Assembly: GCA_951406725.2 (NCBI GenBank)
Contig: OX597815.1
Location: 94,178,001 to 94,242,000, forward strand
Direction: 5' to 3'
Source of the DNA: Octopus vulgaris
Taxonomy: Eukaryota
DNA: 64,000 nucleotides
Program-made: the position numbers and the translations under genes
Part shown: one piece after another, positions 14,534-29,393 of the stretch
Position numbering within the stretch: the first letter of the stretch is position 1
Layout of the letters: every line of letters begins with the position of its first letter
Notes under the pieces: generated by a model
What the model was told of the DNA's origin: nothing
Database searches by the model: none
The model's input: the letters and a program-made list of their open reading frames with translations, nothing else

Positions 14534-14830
14534 GTGTGTGTGTGCGTGCGCGCGCGTGTGTGTGAGTGAGTGTGAGTGAGAGTGAGTGTGTGTGTGCGTG
14601 TGTGTTTGTGTGTCTGTGTGTGCATGTTTGTGTGCCTGTGTTTGTCCCCCACACCATCGCTTGACAACCGATGCTGGTGTGTTTACGTTCCCGTAACTTA
14701 ACGGTTCGGCAAAAGCTACTGATAGAATAAGTACTAGACTTACGAAGAATAAGTCCTGGAATCGATTTTTTCGACTAAAAGCGGTGCTCCAGCATGTCAA
14801 ATGGCAGAAATAAATAAAGGAATAAAAGAA
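14324..14830 (+). mobile_element. tRNA-derived SINE with internal microsatellite (second family)
   Basis: Head ggcgcaggaatggctatgtggtaag, core gggcaagtgtgtcttctactatagcctcgggccgacc, (TA)n/(TG)n middle and conserved tail. Same family at 32115-32631 (-) and 39025-40008 (+). Confidence 0.8.
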
Positions 14831-14872
14831 TATATATATATAAAATAATATGTTACAATTATTGAATAGTCA

Positions 14873-14935
14873 AGATAAAACTCTGAGTTTCGGATGCCGA
14901 GGTGAAAATCCACAACACCATCTCTTCGGTTATCT
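14873..14935 (-). ncRNA. Type I hammerhead ribozyme-like motif
   Basis: Minus strand: agataa-CCGAAGA-GATG...CATC-c-GAAA-CTCAGAG-TT-ttatct, with a 6-bp stem I. Lies downstream of a same-strand Penelope remnant. Confidence 0.55.
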
Positions 14936-15051
14936 GAAACTCAGAGTTTTATCTTGACTATTGAATAATTGTAACATATTATTTTATAGATAAATTTCCT
15001 CTATTTACATAATGTTAAGGTCTCTTTCTTTCTTTTGTTATCTTACCAATT

Positions 15052-15141
<90 letters not shown>

Positions 15142-15383
15142 GTATATATGCACACACATGCACGTCTCTCTCTCGCCTTCTCTCTCCCTATCTCTCTCTT
15201 TCACACACACACGTACATGCATTCACACACGCATATGCGTAAATAACAAACGGGAAGTATGGGTACTAAACATCCATGCTTTTTATATTTTAGAATGTTA
15301 ATATAAATTCTATCAATATTCAATAAATACTATAGTGTCTGTTGAATATATTAATGACCAGTAATTATCGATTAAACAACCAC

Positions 15384-16100
15384 CTAGCTGCTTTGATTGA
15401 TACATTCATAGCCGATTAAACAATAAAATTTTCCGATGTCAACATCCCCTAGATCTAGTGAAGATGCGTTGAGTGTAGGTGATGTTTCTTCAACGTTAGA
15501 TCTTGCCATCGCAATATTATAACACTGTGCGGCTCTATTAAAGATAGTTTTATCTGAGGATTGAGTATAAATGTGCCTTCTTATGTTATTAGGGATTTCT
15601 TTGATGATCAAATGTTGTTTATCGTGCTTTAAATTAGTAATTTCTTCATTAGGTTTGTGGAAGGTATAGTAACTACTTGTATTGAAATTCATGGTAACGT
15701 CTAGATAATTGACTATTTTGAAGTTGGTGCTAACAGCAATGTGTAGATTAGGTTTCTTTCTGATGCTATTCATATCTTGTCAGTTTCACGTGTGTACCGC
15801 TTCAGTCCATCATCTCAGTGAAATTCTATGCTTGTGTTCTTTACTTCGTTATTTTGTTCAATAAGAATCAATAAATATACTAGATCTACTGATTCAGCCC
15901 CATCAAAGTTACCCATTGCGACTTAAAAACAGAAAAGCTCATCACTGTTCTTTTTCACCTAATAAAAAATCATCGTGGAATAACAACAATTTTCTGGTAG
16001 TCATTCTCTTAATAAGGAAGTCAGTGATTGCGGCATAAAGGTTGCCAATCATGTCAATAGCTACTCAAATATTCATTATTCGTTCAAAAGTAGAATACTG
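15384..16100 (-). mobile_element. Penelope-like element RT remnant (Naiad-type)
   Basis: VAMGNFDGAESVDLV, VNYLDVTMNF..YYTFHKPN, IPNNIRRHI..SSDKTIFNRAAQCYN. Decayed. Confidence 0.75.
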
Positions 16101-16129
16101 GAATCTAGTTTTCTACTAATCTACTGTTC

Positions 16130-16175
<46 letters not shown>

Positions 16176-16176
16176 C

Positions 16177-16251
<75 letters not shown>

Positions 16252-16252
<1 letters not shown>

Positions 16253-16785
16253 GGCAGTGGCTCTCGTGGCTTCTGATCTTAACTAATTGTTATCATGTAC
16301 ATTGTTTTGTCTTGGTATAAAAGATGGGCTACAGCAAATATTCTGCTCAATACCACAGATTTGCTTCTCAGTTGTTTGACCTTAACCAATTGAGCGTGTC
16401 CCTTAGTGGCTGACGATATGTACATCTCTGATCACGAGCAGAAGTAGTAGGGGAGCATCATAGCCATGTATTGAGAGGGATTCTTTGGAGTTTGAATAAG
16501 TCACTTCTGGAAATATGGGTGTTTCGTTCAACATCCTTAAACAACCCTTATTCAGGGACCTTTTGAGCGGGATGGGTTACTCGAACAGAAGAAAATTCTA
16601 ACTGGGCCCCACCTGCAAGGTCATGTACTGTTTATCTTGATATAAGATCACCATGTCGCGCACATATGGTTGTGATGCATGTGCCTGGTGTACCCTTATC
16701 AGATGGGTAGTCATGATGGGTATACTGGGCTTCATATATTTTACCCCAGTGTCACTTTGATGGCATGCACTGCTCTATCACTCAA
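16252..16785 (+). mobile_element. About 530-bp non-coding retroposon-like repeat, copy 1
   Basis: Highly similar to 17537-18062 and 51425-51722. All share a 3' end (ctctcactc/ctatcactc/ctttcactc) followed by (AAT)n or (AAC)n. Confidence 0.75.
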
Positions 16786-16792
16786 CAACAGC

Positions 16793-16849
<57 letters not shown>

Positions 16850-16851
16850 CC

Positions 16852-17060
16852 ATTCTACTATAGGAACAAAGCCTGAAATTTGGTGGGAGGGGGCCAGTGG
16901 GTTAAATCGACACCAGTACGCAACTAGTACTTGATTTATCGACCCTGAGAGGATGAAAGCAAAGTCGATCTCGGCGGAATTTGACCTCAGAACGTAAAGG
17001 CAGACGAAAAACCGCTAAACATTTCGCCCGGCGTGCTAACGATTCTGCCAGTTTGCTGCC

Positions 17061-17061
<1 letters not shown>
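16852..17061 (-). mobile_element. tRNA-derived SINE (OR-like family, tail type 2)
   Basis: Same head and core as 12005. Tail shared with 31664 and 53136. Confidence 0.8.
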
Positions 17062-17099
<38 letters not shown>

Positions 17100-17125
17100 T
17101 AATAATAATAATAATAATAATAATG

Positions 17126-17196
<71 letters not shown>

Positions 17197-17197
17197 G

Positions 17198-17226
<29 letters not shown>

Positions 17227-17229
<3 letters not shown>

Positions 17230-17478
17230 TGGTACATCACACGTATTTAACTGGTACATCACACGTAATTAACTGGTACATCACACGTATTGAGAAGAGC
17301 ATTGTCGATGTGAGAACTGTTGCTGCTCATGTATTTTAATTTAACTTAAAAAAAAATGAACGAACTACTGAGTTTGGTTTAATGGCCTACCAATATACAC
17401 TATGAGTTTCTTTGCCCTAGGAGTCGGGAAGACACTCGGCAAGAAATGGAAGAAAATTTGAAAGAAGAAAAAAAAAAA

Positions 17479-17480
<2 letters not shown>
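17227..17480 (+). mobile_element. 3' end of an RLE (R4/Dong-like) LINE
   Basis: Encodes TGTSHVLRRALSM*, the typical RLE C-terminus, then a UTR and (TAA)n tail. A roughly 21-nt unit is triplicated at the 5' junction. Confidence 0.6.
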
Positions 17481-17536
<56 letters not shown>

Positions 17537-17538
<2 letters not shown>

Positions 17539-18062
17539 TCCTGATGCAGTACCAGGCAGTGGCTTTCATGACTTCTGATCTTAACTGATTAGAAGTGTTA
17601 TAATGTATATTGTTTTGTCTTGGTATAAAAGATGGCTACAGCAAATATCCTGCTCAACACCACAGATTTACTTGTGATTTGTTTGAGCTTAACCAGTTGA
17701 ACATGTCCCTTAGTGGATGACGGTATGTGCATCTCCGATCACGAGCAGAAGTAGTGGGGGAACATCATAGCCATGTGTCGAGAGGAATTCTTTGGGGTTT
17801 GGATAATTCATCTCTGGAAACATGGGTGTTTCATTAAACAACCCTTATTCAAGGACCTTTTGAGTGGGATGGGCTACTCAACCTGAAGAAAATTCTAACT
17901 GAGCCTGCAAGGTATTGCGCTGTTAATCTTGATATGAGATCACCATGTCGCGCACATATGATTGTGATACATGTGCCTGGTGTACCCTTATCAGACGGGT
18001 AGTCACGATGGGTATACTGAGCTTCGTATATATCGCTCAAGTGTCAGTGCTCTCTCACTCAA
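17537..18062 (+). mobile_element. About 530-bp non-coding retroposon-like repeat, copy 2
   Basis: Paralogue of 16252-16785. (AAT)n on both sides. Confidence 0.75.
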
Positions 18063-18085
18063 TAATAATAATAATAATAATAATA

Positions 18086-18117
<32 letters not shown>

Positions 18118-18127
18118 AGTAGTTGTA

Positions 18128-18326
18128 GTTGGAATAGAATGCTCGGTAGAGATCCTACAGGAAGTTTGTCTCTTAGGGACAGAAAGGATTATTTGGAGAG
18201 TTCTTAGCACTTGAAAAACAGCTGAAGACTTGTGGATACCTAAGGTTACAGGTTGTAATCCGCTACTCACATAAATCCTATCAAGAATAATACGAACCTG
18301 AGCCAAACCAAAATAATAATAATAAT
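18128..18326 (+). mobile_element. 3' end of another RLE LINE subfamily
   Basis: GIECSVEILQEVCLLGTERIIWRVLST* (LQKxxLLGTxRIL consensus), then UTR and (AAT)n tail. Confidence 0.65.
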
Positions 18327-18559
18327 GTTTTCATTATAAACCCCTAAGCGTTCACAATAACATTGCAGAAAGTTCAGGATAATACAATACAGAGTTATAT
18401 GAAGTTTTTTTTAAGAAATAATAGCAGTAAAATAAATTCCAACGATCAATAATTCCTACAAAGAATGAGACTTCTTAGGGTTGCCGGTGGAAACCTCACG
18501 AAACCATGGTCGTCCTGACAACTAGAGCAAGTGCCCTCTTCTCCTCACCTTCTTTCAAT

Positions 18560-19265
18560 CTACAGGCGTATGCCTAGATTATGCCCGTTAACCTAGACCA
18601 TTCTTACCTCATTCACCTACCTTTCAACGAAATTACTGGAAAGTAGCACTTCCCTCTGCAGCTTCACTTTCTTTTTCAAATGAGACTTGAAAACGTTGAG
18701 GGCTTGGCCAAGGAGGAAAGTATTTGTCTTCAGCCCTTTCAATCTCGTACACCTCATAACTTCTTTCGCTAAAGCTACCAGACAAATGAAGTAAGGCAAC
18801 AGAATGATCTTCTCAATGAACTCGGTCGTGCCAGCAGATGTTCAACATAAACCCACAAGTCAGCAATGCTCGGATACTGGACGACTGCATGCAGAACAGT
18901 TTCGTCGCTCTGCGCGCATCTGGGGGCAGGCCCGATTGACGACACTTCCATGCCTTTAGAGTTTATCTCGAACCGGCTATTGACCCCCCCACCTCACCCC
19001 ACTCCGGTAGTATTGCCAGGCTAAGGAGTTTTGGACATTTTCCATGAGACCCAGACCGAAAGTCTTCCGGAACAGACTAGCCAGTTGATTCTTGTCGATG
19101 CCCAGAATCTCCCCGAAAGCGTCGTCGCTCTTGTCCGCCACTAAACCTCTTTAGAAGTGAACTTCCACCGACCTCATTGCCCAACTGGCAGAGGACTGTG
19201 AGCACCTGACGGCACTCAAGGTGGTAGGCATCTTGCCTCGGTCTCTGCTTGTGAATTTCAACTTC
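18560..19265 (-). mobile_element. L1/Tx1-like LINE ORF2 C-terminal remnant
   Basis: CP/RCAQSDETVLHAVVQ..IADLW zinc-finger-like segment followed by FICLVALAKEVM..R. Frameshifted. Confidence 0.6.
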
Positions 19266-20107
19266 TAAATACTGTAGCATATACTTTTTAAACAATAACA
19301 ATTCTATTTATCATGATAGATAAGAACTAAGCTGGTATCTTGCTTTAAAAAAAGTACTAGATGATGTACATACACTGCAGTAGTATAGGCTGAACCAATT
19401 ACGATATTCCACAACTGCTGGAGGGGCCAGAATAATTTCACGTCTGCGTAATCGGAATGAAGTTTCTCAGTAACTGCTCGTTAATAAGCCAGTAACCGGT
19501 TGTCAGTTAACATTGTAGACAGTATAATGTTTAACAGAATGAATATATATTTAATGAAACAACGTTTCATTTCTTGACTGTTGTCACTTCACGACGAAAA
19601 TTATACCTAATTTGTTGCATGACCAATAATTCAAATTGTGTTATTTGTTTTATGAATATAGAATACACGTATTCCTGCATTAATGTAAGTCTTTAGAATT
19701 ACTATTTTCTTTCCAGTTTTCTGCAGCTGTTCATTACCAAATATCACTTTGTCGATATTTACATTGTTGTAACAATTGCATTAGCACGCTATCGGTTTTG
19801 AGATGTTTTTGAGTGTTTCGAGTCGAATGAAGCCTTGCGAAATATGAAGTGGCCGTCAAACTTAATGGCATATCTCTGCATAGCGTAAAATATTAAATTA
19901 GTGTAAACATAACAGAATATACCAAGTGAATAGGAAATCAAAATTGCCGGAGTTCTGTGTCAGTCTGTGGTGAATATTTCCGATTTACTTAAAAAGTCTC
20001 AATTTTTAGAGTAGTTTGTGATGCAGCTCTGGTAATCAAAGGCTCAGATTCGATCATTTACTTTACTGAATATCCGAACACAGATTTTGAAATTTTTGGT
20101 ATCGCTA

Positions 20108-20169
<62 letters not shown>

Positions 20170-20245
20170 ACACACATACACACACACATACACACACACA
20201 TACACACATATATATATACATACATACATACATACATATATATAC

Positions 20246-20276
<31 letters not shown>

Positions 20277-20289
20277 CATATATATATAT

Positions 20290-20338
<49 letters not shown>

Positions 20339-20354
20339 TATATATATATATATA

Positions 20355-20403
<49 letters not shown>

Positions 20404-21319
20404 CACAGATTATATATACACACAGATATATATATATATATTATACACACACACACACACACACACGCATACACACACATATATATGTGTGTGTGTGTGT
20501 GTGAGTCGCTTGAGCGCACGTGCGCGTGTGTATATGTAAATGCTTTTTTACTTCGATGTGGAATTCTGCTGTCTTTTGTAAATTTCTCTCCTGCCAACTT
20601 TTCACTGAAGATGGATTATAATGCAAAACGTTGGATAATTTTCCACTTACTTCCTGTAGTCGATTTTACTCCCTCTCTCTCCTCCAGTGTATATATATAT
20701 ATAAAAGCAATTAAGATTCAAGTCAATTCTAATGAATTTACTTGAATACGGTACTTAACTTAGATGCACCAGAAAACTATATGGTGTTAACCATACAGTA
20801 ATGTGGGGTGATTATAAACGAGAAAGAAGCAACAAGAATGGATTAGTTTTTAGTACAATTGTTTCATACAAAGACAGGCTTTATTAAAAGTTGCAAATAT
20901 TGCATACAGTAAGACAGGCTTTATTAAAAGTTGCAAATATTGCAGCAGATAAAAGGGGAGAAGAAAAGAAATATTTGCAACTTTTAATAAAGCCTGTCTT
21001 TGTATGAAACAATTGTACTAAAAACTAATCCATTCTTGTTGCTTCTTTCTCGTATATATATATATATATATACATATACACTGAACAAAATGACTAAAAA
21101 AAATATATGACACAACTCTAACTTCATACCCCACCCACGAAACAACAACAGGGGTATCCCAGCAATAAACAAAGAAATAAGAAATCCCTACCCACAGGAT
21201 TGACATTTCAACCTCCTCTCCATAAGATGATACCAATGTAATTTTTATCCACTTAAGAACCAAGCACGACAAACACGAAATAATTACCAACGCGGCCTTC
21301 TGAAGCATCACGTTCGAAC

Positions 21320-23078
21320 ATGAAATATAGGGACACACTTTTCAATCCCTATCCAAGAACCCGCACCATAAATCACGACAACAGGGAACAACTAGATAAC
21401 AGCTACCGTCCCAACTTCTATTCTAATATTCCCCACAACCTAGAAATAGAGGCAAACCAATACTGGCTAGAGAATTACTCCAATGAACTTCCATACCGCA
21501 TGAAAAAGGAATTCGCAATGGATAGGCTAAAATTCATCATGGAGAATAAATTCTTCGTATTCAACAACAACTTCAATCGAAAGAAATCGGGGACTGAGAT
21601 GGGTATGAGAATGACCTCCTACTTTGCTAACCTTGTCATGGGATACATCGGAAACCTACTCTCCCTTTACATAGAAAATAACTGGAAGAGATATCTAGAT
21701 TACTGCTTCATTCTTTGGCATGAAAGTATAGAGAGACTTTAAAAATTTCAAGCACTTCTAAATGAGCTTGACATAAACATTCATTTTACGATGGAATATA
21801 GCCATCAACAAAATCAGACATATGCTATAAGCCCACGGAGTCCAAGCAATATCTACCACTCAACTCATACCACCACAGACACATTAGAATGAATATCCCT
21901 TTCAACCTGGCCAAAAAGATTTTTGCACTATAATATCTGATACAAGAGACACACAACTACACGAGCTAAAGGATACACTCCTCAGCAGGAATTACCCACC
22001 ATCCCTAATTAATATAGGTTTCCAACGCGCACTACAGCTCAACATCCACGAACTCAGACATCCCAAACGAAAGAATGAATTACAACTAAAAACCCTACCA
22101 TACATATCTACAAACAACCCCCTAAATAATGAGGTCTTCGACACCACCCTCCGGAACATACCTTTACTAAAAAGGAACCATAGAATGAATTAAATTCTCC
22201 AAACACACACCATCATAAAGAGTAAAAGACAGCCCAAGCCAATGAAAAGCATTCTAACACAAGCCCAAGTACACTCGCCAACAACACCGAAACCGACAAT
22301 AAGAAGATGCTGAAAACCTAATTGTTGGTATATGCGTCAGCCTAATTGAGGGATCGGAGTTCTCTCTGAAGCCAGGTCAGCATTTTACAGTGAAAAACAA
22401 CTTCACATGTGCTTCGGAAAACCTGATATATGTGTTAACTTGCTCAGGGTGTCGAGAGCAATACATTAATCAAACTAAAAACATCCTATGCCAGAGGATG
22501 ACCGTACATAGACTAAATTAAAATACAGGAATGCAGAAAAATAGCATTAGTGAACACATCGATATTTGCGCCACTAATGAACAACCCAACTTTAAAATTT
22601 TTCCCCTCTACAAATTTAGGGACATGCAACCCATAATCAGCGCATTAGCAAAGGATCATATTTTATCGCAAAATATAAACCTCTTTTGAATGCTTCCACC
22701 ACAGATGACACTACTATAGGGGTCATAGAATAATCCTCACGGGAATATTAAAAACGATAGATATATTAAGAACAGTTGCTACCCACGAATTTATCTAGAA
22801 CAGTTCCTATTACTACAGCTGATACAACCGTTAAAGTAGATTCTACGGGCAGCCTCTACTACTGGGTAATACCACTCCCGTCTTCTTCTTCTTCTTCTTC
22901 TTCTTCTTCTTCTTCTTCTTCTTCTTCTTCTTCTTCTTCTTCTTCTTCTTCTGCTGCTGCTGCTGCTGCTTCTGCTGCCTAAACCATCAAACTTCAGAAC
23001 TAACTATATCTCTGCCCCCATAAATACAATTTTTCAGATCCGCTACTACCTACCTTACGAGCCTTCACGACAGAAAGA

Positions 23079-23119
<41 letters not shown>

Positions 23120-23340
23120 GGAGAGAGAGAAGAGAGAGAGAGAGAGGAAAAAAAGAAAATGCCCTAGCTATTTGAAGACTGGAAATGTCTACAAAGCATT
23201 TCATTTAATTTTTTTCTTCAATTTAATTGTTTTTCTTCTCAATATCCACCTTTCTTTTACTCTTAGTTGAAAAAGTCGAAAAGGCAGAAACCGGCACTAA
23301 CCGTTACAAATTGTATTTCGCGATAAGATTATTTTAGTAT
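21320..23340 (+). mobile_element. Degenerate Penelope-like element (RT + GIY-YIG) with decayed pLTR
   Basis: SGTEMGMRMTSYFANLVMG and WKRYLDYCF RT motifs. FTCASENLIYVLTCSGCREQYINQT GIY-YIG near 22400-22510. Decayed hammerhead near 23272-23300. Confidence 0.85.
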
Positions 23341-23358
23341 TTTCTAGCTTTTCTTATA

Positions 23359-23424
<66 letters not shown>

Positions 23425-23428
23425 AGCG

Positions 23429-23469
<41 letters not shown>

Positions 23470-23474
23470 TATAT

Positions 23475-23615
<141 letters not shown>

Positions 23616-23644
23616 CTTTATGTAAAGCAGCAGAAAATTCAACA

Positions 23645-23690
23645 AAACCTGTTACTCTGAGTTTCCCGTTGCCGTTCATCGGACAGTTTT
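23645..23690 (-). ncRNA. Type I hammerhead ribozyme-like motif in the 3' region of the Penelope-like element
   Basis: Minus strand: aaaactgt-CCGATGA-a-CG-gcaa-CG-g-GAAA-CTCAGAG-TA-acaggtttt, GUA site. Same strand as, and downstream of, the GIY-YIG ORF. Confidence 0.6.
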
Positions 23691-23818
23691 TGCTAGAATG
23701 GAACCGATATGTCAATTTTATCCAGACTAGTACAAACGCTACACCTTTAAAAATGGACTTGTTTGATTGGCCCCTTAGAAATAACGGTCAATTTTCGAGC
23801 GATAAACAAAAATGAGCT

Positions 23819-23864
<46 letters not shown>

Positions 23865-24897
23865 AAAATTATAAAATTCGAGGAAAAACCTTACATTGAA
23901 TAAAATAAATATTGACCTTAATGAAGGAAATATAATTAATACATGGAAATTGAAATTAAAATGTTAAAATGCATTAAAATATTACACGGCAATACATATT
24001 CATATTAAACTATACATATATATCAACATACACAGATAGATGCGTGCAAACCACATACATATACAGACGTATAAATATAAAGCTAAAATATACACACAAA
24101 TGCATGTATACATATGTATACGCAATCTAGTTCGCACGCAAGCTAAAATCATGGATGGGGAAGTAGCGTTCTTATTTACGATGCAAAGTTGAAGACATGA
24201 GTAAGTGAGGGGAGACGTAAAGTTACATGACTCTATACAAGTATCGGATAGGTAGAGAAAAAACGAAAGAAAGGAAGAGAGAGAAAAAAAAAAAAAAAAG
24301 AAAAAGGGGGAAGGAAAAAAGAAGAAAAAAAAGGAGGGGGAACGAAAGAAGAAAAATTATGTATACAAACTGTAACAACGGATACTAACATATATATATA
24401 TAGAGACAAGTACGCAAACACACAAGTTCAAGTGGATACATACACATACAATCGTGTATGTGTGTGCTTAAGTACAAACATACGCTCACTTACACATATA
24501 CAGAGACGTATGCTTACAAATACATATTCGTGGCTATACACATATTTACATCAAAATTCTAGTTTTTGACAACATTGCTATTAAAAAAATGGTGAGTGTA
24601 ATAATAAAAATTATACGAAAGACATGTAAAATATAACACCTATTTCGGATCATCTATAAATTAAAAATCAAAGTAAGCCTATACAATATAATAACATGAA
24701 ATAAACTAATCCGAAGGTTTTTCCTAAGGAATATGTAGAAATATAAACAAAATAAACAAAATATATGCACGAGACTTTGCTATACGGAATGAAATCTGCA
24801 TAGCGCGAAACAAATCCATCGTTGTGTTTACATACTAGTCCAAGAATCAAAATCAAAATTTCAAAAATCAAAAATACAAAAAGACAAAATATATACT

Positions 24898-25902
<1,005 letters not shown>

Positions 25903-26071
25903 TTAGCAATAGAGGCAGTATTAATACTGAGAGAGTAATATTTATCTCCATTTGAACCTGGATGTTCTGTTATAATACTATACTGTGGTAGTTACATTGA
26001 GATTTTCTTCATGGTATAGATTGTTCTAACAGTATAGATTGTTCTAACAGAACATCCACGTTTAAATGGGA

Positions 26072-26445
<374 letters not shown>

Positions 26446-27411
26446 CGTACTCTCAGTTGTAACCTAGGTGGTAGTGTCAACTTGCATTATGTTTTATTTA
26501 TGTGAAGAATTTTAAGTGTTAAATTTAACGTTTTTTTTTTACATGATATAACATTTTTGTTCACCAATAAAGAACACATCTGAAATAGCTGTAGTGAACC
26601 TCAACCCATCTCAACCTTCTCTGCGTTAGATATGGAGCCTATAGTCGACTGTTGAATACGTGCCGTGAGTGTATCCCGTGTGACTTCGCATACATGTTGT
26701 GTATTCGGTCATTACTTGTGAATGTGCGCTTAATTGGAAGGATTAATCCGTATTTTACTTTCCTAAGTACGTGTATGTCCCTACACATTGTTAGAGCACA
26801 GATGCGCTATCTCCGACGCTACCGCCATTGCTATTTAAATACCTTGATTCTATCAATTCTGAAAATTATATATATATAATTCGCTATTATTTTCTGTATT
26901 ACTAGCTGTACACATACATATTGTACAAAATTTGATTCTTTTCACTATAATAGAGCTCTGTTGTTAATCGCATTGAATACAACTTGCACACAAAAAGAAT
27001 GCATTTTGAATATAACTACGATCTCCTGTTAGCCATGACGTATATATTGCAATTATTCGACTACTTCAACATATATTCTCATTATATTAACATGTTGTGC
27101 TGCAGAATGACACATTAATAAAGCCAGAAGTCGGAATATTCAACAGAAACTTATGTAACTCCCACAGAATTAGGATATCGTTGTGTAAGAAAGCCGGTTC
27201 TTTTCGAGTTACAACATATGAAGGGCTTCCATGCAGTTTCCGTCCGCCTAATTTCACTCACAAGGCTGGAGTATAGCGGAGACTATAGCAAAGTACTTAA
27301 TGAGTGCTTTTATTGTGATTTAGGAACTGAGATCTGGTGGTTGCAAAGTGAAATCTCTAACCACAAGGTTTTAGTTGCATCGAATACAAAAATATCCATA
27401 AATAGACAGAC

Positions 27412-27491
<80 letters not shown>

Positions 27492-27502
27492 GCACACACG
27501 CA

Positions 27503-27534
<32 letters not shown>

Positions 27535-27698
27535 CGACTGTGAGGGGATTTGGTAAACGGAAACGGAAAGAACATGTGTGTGTGTACGTATGAATTATGT
27601 ATATAAATTTGTGTGTTTGTGTTTGTGTTTTTTCCAACCACCGCTTGACAACTGGTTGTCTCCTCGTAACTTTGTGGTTTGACAAATATGTATATACA

Positions 27699-27802
<104 letters not shown>

Positions 27803-27804
27803 AA

Positions 27805-27918
<114 letters not shown>

Positions 27919-28054
27919 TATATATATATATACATATCTATAATCAAGGCAGATAGCAATAAAACAATCAGTTTTAAAACGAATTTGGTTAACTATATCA
28001 AACAATCAGATATCAATAAATGCATATATATATATGTATGTACATGTATATAGA

Positions 28055-29267
28055 CAGACGTGACAGAAGTAAATAGACACCCCATAAAACATCGTTTTAT
28101 GTTTATTCTAACTTGTAAAGGTTTATATTTTGTATTAATTGACTTTTCTATGTTTCAGATTCTGTTTAATCATGCCATGTACAAAAGAAGTTTGGGAACT
28201 GTCTGAATTTCAAAGAGGCCCTGATGTGGGTAATTCTGAAGGTGGACATAGCGTAAAATCGCAGAAAACCTTAGGATCCTGCTTTCTACAATTAATAGAG
28301 TGATTGTGCAATTCACCAGAGAGGGATAGGAGTCCGGATCATCTCGTCCGGATCATCTCGTCCCGATCAACCAGGATCCTCTGACAGGACCCTTCTCTTT
28401 GTTAAGAGAAGTGTGGAGGATAATCCTCGTTGCAAGGCTCCTGACATAGCAGAACAAGTTGATGTCAGTCCCAGAACAGCTGTCAAATTTGGTTACTATG
28501 GCAGAGCAGCAAGAAGGAGACCATTTCTTCGACTAGCCAACATCAAGCGGAGAAAAGATTGGGCCAGTGAGATGGTGGAGAGGCCACTAGCATTTTGGGA
28601 CATTGTCATATTCTCTGATGGGTCCAGATTTGTTGTATTACCTGACAGTGGTCGAGTTTGGGTCTGGAGACTCTGTGATCATGAATTTGATGTGAAAAAA
28701 TTGCAGCCAACAATGAAACATGACAGCTATTCTGTGATGGTCTGGGGAGCAATTTGGAGCTGGTGGAGTGTGAGGGAAACATAAACTCAGATAAATAAGT
28801 GGCCATATTACAGAAAGGACTCTTTCTAATCTTCTCCAGTGGCGAAATGATTAAAGAAGACTATTTATGGAAGATGGGGTTCCTTGCCACACGATTAAAA
28901 TGACCCAAGAATTGTTGGATAAGAATAGCATTAAAAAGTTCCCATGGCCAAGCCAGTAACCAAATATGAACCCGATTGAAGACCTCTGGGACACAATGGA
29001 CAGGACACTTCATAAAAAGAACAAGAAAGCGTCTTCAAAGCCAAATCTTTTGAGATTATTGCAAGAAATTCCGTAAGAGAATATTCGTCATCTGATCAAT
29101 AACATGTCTAATAGGGTCCGTGCATTGAAAAATGCAAAGCAAAAGGCAAGTCTACTAAATATTAAATATTCACATTTTAACAATTAATAAATATTTTGAA
29201 TGTATAATTTCAGATTTAAACAAATTTTAATGATTATAAAGGCGTCTATTTACATCAGTCATATCTG
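28055..29267 (+). mobile_element. Tc1-family DNA transposon relic with TIRs
   Basis: 27-bp imperfect TIRs (cagacgtgacagaagtaaatagacacc / ggcgtctatttacatcagtcatatctg). Transposase motifs [36 protein letters not shown]. Disrupted by stops and frameshifts. Confidence 0.88.
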
Positions 29268-29340
29268 TGTAGGTGTTTTGTATCTCTCGTTTTGCTCCGA
29301 TCATCCCCACTTCCCTTCTTCTTTGTCTTATCTTTCTCAC

Positions 29341-29393
<53 letters not shown>

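Noticed and set aside
17227-17290. Short direct repeats resembling a CRISPR-like array
   Set aside because: Spacer-less triplication at a LINE 5' junction in eukaryotic DNA; no cas genes.
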